From: a virus
Lineage: Duplodnaviria > Heunggongvirae > Uroviricota > Caudoviricetes
Virus record (IMG/VR): IMGVR_UViG_3300042348_001111
Span: 107,453 to 121,380 of that record
Length of the DNA: 13,928 nt
Direction: 5' to 3' (one strand)
In this document: positions 9,601 to 13,928 of the stretch, piece by piece
How the letters are laid out: each line of letters begins with the position of its first letter
How positions within the stretch are numbered: the stretch's first letter is position 1
Program-made: the position numbers and the translations under genes
Notes under the pieces: model-generated
The model's database searches: none
Told to the model about the DNA's origin: nothing
The model's input: the letters and a program-made list of their open reading frames with translations, nothing else

Positions 9601-9706
9601 GTGTCTCATTGTTGTTTAGGGTGTAAGCCGTCATGGCGTTACCTTCACCTAAAGCATTAACAAGACGCTTCCACTCAGGACTGTCGGGGTAAGGGCATGT
9701 GTTCAT
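3668..9706 (-). CDS. Giant virion cargo/ejection protein with N-terminal PD-(D/E)xK nuclease (2,012 aa)
   Basis: Uninterrupted 6-kb ORF with an MNTCP...EWKRLVNALGE start. Nuclease motifs, a long helical/coiled-coil body, and C-terminal TQGNY...IVMFFRKYL plus a hydrophobic helix, as I recall for crAss-like giant virion proteins. Confidence 0.8.
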   Translation of the reverse strand: MNTCPYPDSPEWKRLVNALGEGNAMTAYTLNNNETPDVYDAQRLLASLKAEEKDEQISKSSDEFKLERAIAQMTMLQRARFSAKPLQRVTLDKLMEMNMRQQEFLRENIQLVKNGMPPKKTVSVSNFIGASDFKGDPSKYEAFKLFGTFMHEALELAQVESLTSGVAIYDVITQEFFDNALKNYKEKYPFNIDNLTEQAMFEMARGLAMHITVFNDKGFMILPEVTITGTTKTGSMVVGRLDLLLIDSQGRVNVFDFKTKKVKRLMETNPDGTRSVNVDGALVHLAEKTFTVDNKPGTEAAFKGTNRSAYDTWTLQLKVYENMLIQNGLEVNDQSIVALMYETDDDGKFEGAAIHVFDEKYYYDYAKGANVPNNNGYWKTEPTFGYQKLDSFRKTVDQQIPISEEAQAESKRKALISDFKITEKQNTALKTKIQGAINTELNDTLIQIEKLKREGNDNVLLAALETRRSTLRTYQDIVSKVTDDSELSFAYNFSNLLDTVERDVTRLSNLADNLMDKFVLSPDLAISKEGQEILKIYQMSNSLSLVFDLLKETITEASKNTENAFVVNELFESKTTAIDGALNNIAAAFRHTALHNAVQVLKVPGEKIFTNVNKELKEVLELQIKKLEQQLQDLEQGKSASILKAFKHKALMFMDSSYKRRVAETLAQGGIDPSVLVQMEQLQRQILQKKALLESGYMFNDEFLEKYINGLRDPNAQNYVGSQGTFSGSGLFRNTFMDQFISSASNSELAVSAFTIMLKNAEAQARLAIQNNFASMKFDQKRDALLQRYTVEELNDIVSEYRDHTYLDKGELKTQRRLYMSAPYTEAYKNTFKEYNLKLQVFRKEMSALKADSHMKATESDGPAAKQIYLDKVAEYEQYKDQYLQWMIDNAQLPYTEAFYSLQKALPQSIREELQKRYFEMETIVYDVGKGNEILLEEYDFERLQELEQEIRTLRQQAKEMSPEYAQYMDQLNELYEYDVNINFYERMRDSAMVRYKDSHPELWEKWQKTNEVQRPTKRPELPQELTRGTNVMYQDQIWTVVTERAAGSVDLVNEDGETVVAMRNDLQMLNWHEQLGLLYDAKAAIAGSDPEIKELMDERNAILRQYKVGGRLQPKFMSEDHVTRLDEIAGLIEEIMLEKRNTGMLDIQQKAQLVQISNEIKKISEKRLAQGYLDTFDEKLKILYAAQREMITAENDLATATTKADKKEIDAAQTALSKAEANFSKKEKEFRTWYNLHHNNKYQSVTTGYDVRQNALPKSYNFENLPVESLYSLYMETVPHPKYKIKRIKESAKNPDFLQSPEGIPMPKTVMQNSDGQYVIRPGFESSPNISNKYRKLMADPELFSFYNDLMTMYFDIQQKVEGRKMGYLVPGFAASTVENIARKGLVGSLNGEYQKFAENTWRTHSKIDQVDGMYGDLNGKLRHRFTEQLPEELQTRDAIGAIMKYTVEAQHNIAMQKVAPAVEQYIAFFEMQLTNLRKEVGTGKKFMTEPDEKGNSIQVNMQERVEELETMLSILNFEKRKFLYGQSKSGAAGDRAINKKLNSALAYSSFIRIGFDLVNQTKNYISGNVQAFIAAGGLASDQYSRKDYMWAKSKVYGYNGFLHNYFADFGKIGDVSESTMLYRFFNPAQKDFLGYMNEVTGGRKRKVASHMTSIQELGFMFQDKGDTEIAVTVMYAVMNNNRYRVIAGKDPQGNNIYQKDANGEDVMIPVHEIYYKDNTGQLQRRQDVEYDQEDENRVRNIIYSEMRRTQGNYAKADQTKLEESPIGTIVMFFRKYLVPQLLNRFGYLRPNWEAGEAALGYWRAVGIVFRNYGPGYAMKHWIRGSKHMSKTNQNQLGELLSRKMDQASRDALVMAILTMVSMMALMYVRKKNDEDEELSFLEGNAIRILWGVKGEATSMFPVGGGSQEYIKNFTTAVPLVREFTALQRLGSHTFYYGQAMLMNGGQEPDPMYDSEYYQEIWKDAFYSRKSGVYEKGDPKIAKDFMDLTGLKNFRDFADPNYRIDIMKRNQ
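8672..9346 (-). other. RecB-family PD-(D/E)xK nuclease domain (boundaries approximate)
   Basis: SVS..IG...GTFMHEALE...PEVTI...GRLDLLLIDSQGRVNVFDFKT (8924-8992)...QLKVY. The catalytic E, D, D-x-K and QxxxY motifs are all present. Confidence 0.85.
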
Positions 9707-9709
9707 AGG

Positions 9710-12700
9710 TTATAGGCACTTGATTTTTTCCAGGATCTGATTTGTTGGGGTAGAAGCTCTGAGGTTTGCAATCATTGCCGCAGCAGCTTGTCTGAAACTC
9801 TCTTTAGAAAGACGCTTGCTAGACTGGTTGTAAAGATAGTCAACAACCGGTTGTGTAAGGTTTAGATTGTTCATGTCCATTGTCACATTTCTATTCTGAG
9901 AAGCCAGTTCAAGTACTGCAACACGGTCGCCGTTGTTCTCTTGCCATTGCATGGCTTTATTAGTAGTCATAGAGATGATGGTGTTCTTAGGTGTCACCAA
10001 ATACTGAGAGCCTTTGTAGTCTACTAGAACTGCTTTACTACCAGGAATCGCTGTAAGGTTAGAAGCAGACACTGACTTTTTAGAAGCAGGGCCCTCTAAA
10101 GTGGGATTGTAAACCTGCACGGTACTATTACTGTTTATCTTAGTCACTATGAAAGTCTCGTTGTTGAACTTGACAAATTGACCTGGTTCAATAACTGCTT
10201 CTGTCTGTTGTTCTACAGGTGTTGCCTGCATCATGCTGAGAAGCATGTCTGTAGCATCCGGCATGCTAGTCATCTCTTCTTGAGGTGCTTGTGCTGCAGA
10301 AGTTAATGCTGTTGCTTTACTCCATCTAGAATAACCATTTAATCTTTCTTCTGTATAGCCGTTCTTTTGCAGATATTCTGCAACAAGCTGATCTGACAGA
10401 TTTCCTTTTTCATACTGATTACCTACTCTAAATGAAGCATTTGCTTTTATAGCTGCATTTAATAAAGATTTATACTTAGTGCTTAGAGTTTCAATAATTT
10501 GTTCGCGAGTCACACCTCTAAATAAACCGCTTCCTGATACCATTACAATGTCAGTTTCAGTGTAGTTTCCAGTGTTAGCTTTATTTCCCCAAGCTTCTTT
10601 GTACTTTTTAGTAGAGCTTACAGCTGCATTGCCTGACTGAAAACCAATATACTGAGTAGATTCTTCAGCCATCTGAATATCTTTAGCTGCGTTGCCAGAC
10701 ATGTCTGTGGGTTTAACTCCTGCTGTTATTAATGGGTTTTCTTTTTTAACACTAACAGGAGCTTGAGCACCTTGTTCACCACTAACAAATTCTTTAAATC
10801 CTTCTATATCTTGTTTACTACCTAATATATTATATTCAGTAGTAGGTTCACTTTTAATATCTTCAAGCATTTGCTTATAAGATGCAGCATGTCTATCAAT
10901 AGTTTCATCAGAAACAGCAGCTCTGTTTTCACTTCTTGCTAATTGTGCTTTAATTCTTTGTTTAGCTAATTCTGGATTTAATTCCATTAGCTTATATTGA
11001 ATATTAGCAGTAGGTATTTCTTTTTTAATAGCTTCTATAAAAGGTAATCTTTTATCTTTGGTAATATTAGTAGTATCAAATACAACTTGTTTACCTTGTT
11101 TTATAGCTTGTACAGCTCGGTTAGCAGCTTCAATATAAATTTCTTTATCTTTAGATTTATCATTAATATCACCTGTAAATTCAACTCTCATTGCATCAGG
11201 TTCTATAATTACTAAATTTTCTTGAGGTAAAGATTTTATAAATGTAGATTTACCACTACCACTTGTACCTATTGGTAATATAACATCAGGTTGCTTAGTA
11301 TCAAGATATTGAGAGTATAGTTGTTGAGCTTGTTGTTTTTGTTGTGGGGTTATATTATACTTTACTAAGTCTTTTGCTGAAACACCGTTTTTTGTAAAAA
11401 AACCATCTTTATCTTGTTTATATCCTAATTCTAATAATCTATCAATAAATACTTGGTATTGTTTATTTTTTAAATCTCTTGAATCAAAAGCTACAAAATC
11501 AAAATTTTCAGCGTTTATATCTTTTAAAGTACTTTCAATTTGGTTTTTTCTTAAAACTTCATTTGTAAATATAATACTCAATTTTCTTTGGTATATCTCA
11601 TCATTGGTTCTTTTACTAAACCCTAAAGCTTCATATACAGCATTAGCTAATTCAGGATTAGATTCAAATAGTTCTTCTACTCCTGGTTTTACTTGTGCAG
11701 GTTGTGTTGTAGCAGGTTTTGTTGCGACAGGTGCCGGTGCAGCAACAGCAGGAAGCTTTGCTTTGTTAGTTGTGTAAGCAACGTACTTCTCAATCTCTTG
11801 CTTAGACATACCTATAGGTGACATAAGTCCAGTGGAGACAACAGCAGGAATAGCTTTGTACTTGGCAATGCTGCCTTCTACGCTGGACGCGCCAGTACCT
11901 GTGATAGACCTGAACATACTCTCACCAAAGTTCTGATATTCTACTTGTTCACCTACACCTTGCAGTAAGTATGTTATACTTTCTTGTCTGCTGTCAATCT
12001 TGAACATCAAAGGAAACTTGTAAACGCCAGGTTTGCCAAATACGCGTTTTACACCAAAGTTCTTTCCTAGTTCAAACATGGTATCATCGTTTGCCTCTGG
12101 TATTAATGCTGGCTTTGACATGTCAAGTGTGATTTCACTGACCACTTCACCAGCTGCGTTTCTGTTCTGAGGTGTGTATCCTTTTGATGCGTTTTTGGGT
12201 GCTTGACCCATAAATTCCATCAACACATTGCTTGCAATACTAATACGCTCATTATCTGTAGCTGTTTCAGAAAACCTAAAAGACTGCATGAAGCTTCTGT
12301 CTTTTGCAAAAGAGAATTGTCTTGCAATCCTGATCTTGTTGTTGTTTGCCTCCTGACTGGCTGCATCTGCCATAAGCATGAAGACCTCGTCAAAAAAGTT
12401 GTACACGTCTGCCTCTGTAGCTTCATTACCTAAGATGCTTTTTACAGCACTCATCAGTTTTACACGATTACCCTTTGCATTCTCAAGCGCTTTTACAAAG
12501 TCATTAATGTAAGGGGAGAAAGGTCGCATCATCTCTGTAGGAAGAAGTTGTAAGAACGAACCTGACTTGTACATGAGACCTGTTTTGGCAAGCTCGTAAT
12601 AGAAAAGCTTTTTGGCAAAAAGGTTTTCTTTGATCATGAGCGCGTATGCGTCGTCTGTTACATCGGATGCGTAGCTACCTGAAATGTTTGCTTTAGTGAC

Positions 12701-13927
12701 CAGTTTAAGACCTCTTTCTGTGATCTTTACGCCTTTTTCTGTAAAAGCAGCAGCGTCGCCATTTTCACTGACCAATAACTGTAAGAACTTGTTGTCAGGA
12801 TACTTCTGTAGCATCTGTTCTACTTCGTCCTTTAAATTGTTAGTAAAAAAATACACTGCTTTAAATGCATCACGCAGGTTTTGATCATCCCGTGCAAGCA
12901 GGTTGTCTATAGCCTCAACGCCCGTTGTTCTAGATCCTGGCATCAAACGCTGGTACTGACGAAGAGCAATATAGCTGGTGATCATCTTTGCAATGGTGCT
13001 CTTATCTTCAAAGACCTCCTCAAACAGTTGCTTGACCGGCGCAAAAAAGCTTGTTCTTTCCAGAAACAACTTAGAAGACTGCTCATTCAAATCTTGCATG
13101 GCCTCAAAAAGATACTTGAATACCTGGTCATCCTCAAAGATTTTACTTACAGACTCACTTGTAAAAATGCTGTTCTCGCCGTCTTTAGCAAGATCAGTCA
13201 TGTTTTTAAGTAGCTTGTCAAAAGTTACAAACCTGGGGTTTAGTTTCTTAAACGTGTTCAGAATGCTTCCTGCTCTTTGAACAGCAAACTGCTGTTGTGC
13301 CTGACTTGCATAGTAGCTGAGAAGAACGATGCGCTGAGCATCTTCGCTTAAATTTTCAACTGTGTTGGTGTCATTGTTTACAGCTTTGACATCATACCCA
13401 ATTTCTTTAGATGTGAGAGTATTGCTATTAACCTTGGCGGCATCTAGTTTTTGAGCCTTAAAGCTAAGTGCAATGTTTTCTTTTTTCAGTGCAATATCAT
13501 AAGACTTAGAAAGAGGAGAAACAACACCAGCGTTTTTCAATTCTTCAAGAACACCAGGATTTTCTTTTACCAGTTTTGCAATCTGATTTTTGACTTCTTG
13601 ATGTAAAAACTTTGAACTGTTGACATCAGAACTGCTGATGGCGTACTTAGTAGCCTGGACTGCTTCAACAGCGTTTTTTACTTCTGGTAGGAAGTTAAAC
13701 CCAACTGCAAACGTAGGCGAAAGACCCAGTCCTATCATTACAAGCGTGGTGCCTACGTTTTCTTCGTTCATGCCCAATGCAGAAGGTATAGGTTTTTTCA
13801 TACCATCTGCAAACATGCCCAGGATGTTTCCTATGCTTGCAATAACGCGCTGGTTTTCCTCACTCAGAGTACCAAAGTTGGTGTATTTCCTCAAAGTAAG
13901 GTCATACTCAGTGTCACCGGTTTCTGT
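9710..13927 (-). CDS. Giant virion protein, probably the C-terminal part of a crAss-like virion RNA polymerase; 5'-truncated
   Basis: The frame stays open upstream of the called TTG at 13894 (TETGDTEYDLTL...) to the window edge. The segment ILGMFADGMKKP...MNEENVGTTLVMIGLG...FLPEV resembles the D..K.P/N/LG/P segment I recall downstream of the active site in crAss-like RNAPs. No DxDxD catalytic motif is visible. The CDS itself is certain; the RNAP identity is about 0.55. Confidence 0.7.
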   Translation of the reverse strand, partial: TETGDTEYDLTLRKYTNFGTLSEENQRVIASIGNILGMFADGMKKPIPSALGMNEENVGTTLVMIGLGLSPTFAVGFNFLPEVKNAVEAVQATKYAISSSDVNSSKFLHQEVKNQIAKLVKENPGVLEELKNAGVVSPLSKSYDIALKKENIALSFKAQKLDAAKVNSNTLTSKEIGYDVKAVNNDTNTVENLSEDAQRIVLLSYYASQAQQQFAVQRAGSILNTFKKLNPRFVTFDKLLKNMTDLAKDGENSIFTSESVSKIFEDDQVFKYLFEAMQDLNEQSSKLFLERTSFFAPVKQLFEEVFEDKSTIAKMITSYIALRQYQRLMPGSRTTGVEAIDNLLARDDQNLRDAFKAVYFFTNNLKDEVEQMLQKYPDNKFLQLLVSENGDAAAFTEKGVKITERGLKLVTKANISGSYASDVTDDAYALMIKENLFAKKLFYYELAKTGLMYKSGSFLQLLPTEMMRPFSPYINDFVKALENAKGNRVKLMSAVKSILGNEATEADVYNFFDEVFMLMADAASQEANNNKIRIARQFSFAKDRSFMQSFRFSETATDNERISIASNVLMEFMGQAPKNASKGYTPQNRNAAGEVVSEITLDMSKPALIPEANDDTMFELGKNFGVKRVFGKPGVYKFPLMFKIDSRQESITYLLQGVGEQVEYQNFGESMFRSITGTGASSVEGSIAKYKAIPAVVSTGLMSPIGMSKQEIEKYVAYTTNKAKLPAVAAPAPVATKPATTQPAQVKPGVEELFESNPELANAVYEALGFSKRTNDEIYQRKLSIIFTNEVLRKNQIESTLKDINAENFDFVAFDSRDLKNKQYQVFIDRLLELGYKQDKDGFFTKNGVSAKDLVKYNITPQQKQQAQQLYSQYLDTKQPDVILPIGTSGSGKSTFIKSLPQENLVIIEPDAMRVEFTGDINDKSKDKEIYIEAANRAVQAIKQGKQVVFDTTNITKDKRLPFIEAIKKEIPTANIQYKLMELNPELAKQRIKAQLARSENRAAVSDETIDRHAASYKQMLEDIKSEPTTEYNILGSKQDIEGFKEFVSGEQGAQAPVSVKKENPLITAGVKPTDMSGNAAKDIQMAEESTQYIGFQSGNAAVSSTKKYKEAWGNKANTGNYTETDIVMVSGSGLFRGVTREQIIETLSTKYKSLLNAAIKANASFRVGNQYEKGNLSDQLVAEYLQKNGYTEERLNGYSRWSKATALTSAAQAPQEEMTSMPDATDMLLSMMQATPVEQQTEAVIEPGQFVKFNNETFIVTKINSNSTVQVYNPTLEGPASKKSVSASNLTAIPGSKAVLVDYKGSQYLVTPKNTIISMTTNKAMQWQENNGDRVAVLELASQNRNVTMDMNNLNLTQPVVDYLYNQSSKRLSKESFRQAAAAMIANLRASTPTNQILEKIKCL
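10310..11692 (-). other. AT-rich in-frame island inside the giant gene
   Basis: Hand counts of G+C per 60-nt line: 14 at 10801, 13 at 11461 and 14 at 10441, versus 29 at 11881 and 24 at 9961. One internal line (10501) has 26, so the left part is mixed. Confidence 0.75.
10829..11296 (-). other. P-loop kinase domain, polynucleotide-kinase/AAA_33-like, in frame within the giant protein
   Basis: Walker A GTSGSGKST (from 11269), DxxR (DAMR), VVFDTTN, and an Arg-bearing lid (AKQRIKAQLARSENRAAV). The motif order matches T4 Pnk and bacterial Pnkp kinase modules. Confidence 0.85.
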
Positions 13928-13928
13928 T

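Larger units (their letters stand above)
1..13928 (-). mobile_element. Tailed phage genome segment (virion cargo plus fibre module), crAss-like
   Basis: Co-oriented, tightly packed minus-strand genes. Adjacent giant ORFs (>4.2 kb and 6.0 kb) are followed by fibre-like genes. No Shine-Dalgarno motifs at the starts and no cellular housekeeping genes. The resemblance to the crAss-like giant-gene block is recalled, not searched. Confidence 0.8.

Noticed and set aside
10310-11692. Island as an intein, intron or homing endonuclease
   Set aside because: No Cys/Ser...His-Asn splice junction motifs, no LAGLIDADG/HNH/GIY-YIG motif, and the reading frame is continuous.
10288-11698. 7-bp direct repeat CTTGTGC (10288-10294 and 11692-11698) flanking the AT-rich island as a target-site duplication
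   Set aside because: It is short, encodes Ala-Gln in low-complexity linkers, and comes with no transposase or terminal inverted repeats. Chance or amino-acid bias suffices.
12203-13280. Short ORFs overlapping the polymerase-like gene
   Set aside because: Shadow ORFs with no independent support.
13892-13894. TTG start called by the ORF track
   Set aside because: The frame is open to the window edge and the sequence here looks mid-protein, so the true start is outside the window.
2963-13927. Genome-wide stop-codon reassignment (TAG to Gln), known in some crAss-like phages
   Set aside because: More than 10 kb of Gln-rich coding sequence has no in-frame TAG or TGA. TAG appears only at two plausible gene ends, one backed by TAA.
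1-13928. CRISPR arrays, tRNA/rRNA genes, DGR template/variable repeats, invertible segments
   Set aside because: By eye I found no regularly spaced repeats, RNA-gene signatures, long near-identical DNA repeats, reverse transcriptase or recombinase. A self dot-plot would be needed to exclude subtle repeats.

Overview
A bacteriophage fragment with all genes on the minus strand, most consistent with an environmental crAss-like (Crassvirales-type, probably Bacteroidota-infecting) phage read in the standard genetic code. In transcription order (right to left) it holds: (i) the C-terminal >=1,405 aa of a giant protein that resembles a crAss-like virion RNA polymerase; the ORF is open past the window edge and the catalytic motif is not visible; (ii) a 2,012-aa putative virion cargo/ejection protein with an N-terminal RecB-type PD-(D/E)xK nuclease and a C-terminal hydrophobic helix; (iii) a short intergenic region with a hairpin; (iv) five fibre/structural genes, the last truncated and missing from the ORF track. 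Two observations stand out. First, an in-frame, AT-rich ~1.4 kb island in the polymerase-like gene, in which short peptide motifs bracket apparently exchangeable payloads, here an intact-looking polynucleotide-kinase-like domain plus an unknown alpha/beta domain. Second, the only two cysteines in ~3,400 visible residues of the giant proteins lie at the C-terminus of one and the N-terminus of the next. Family assignments come from motif recognition and recall, not from searches.
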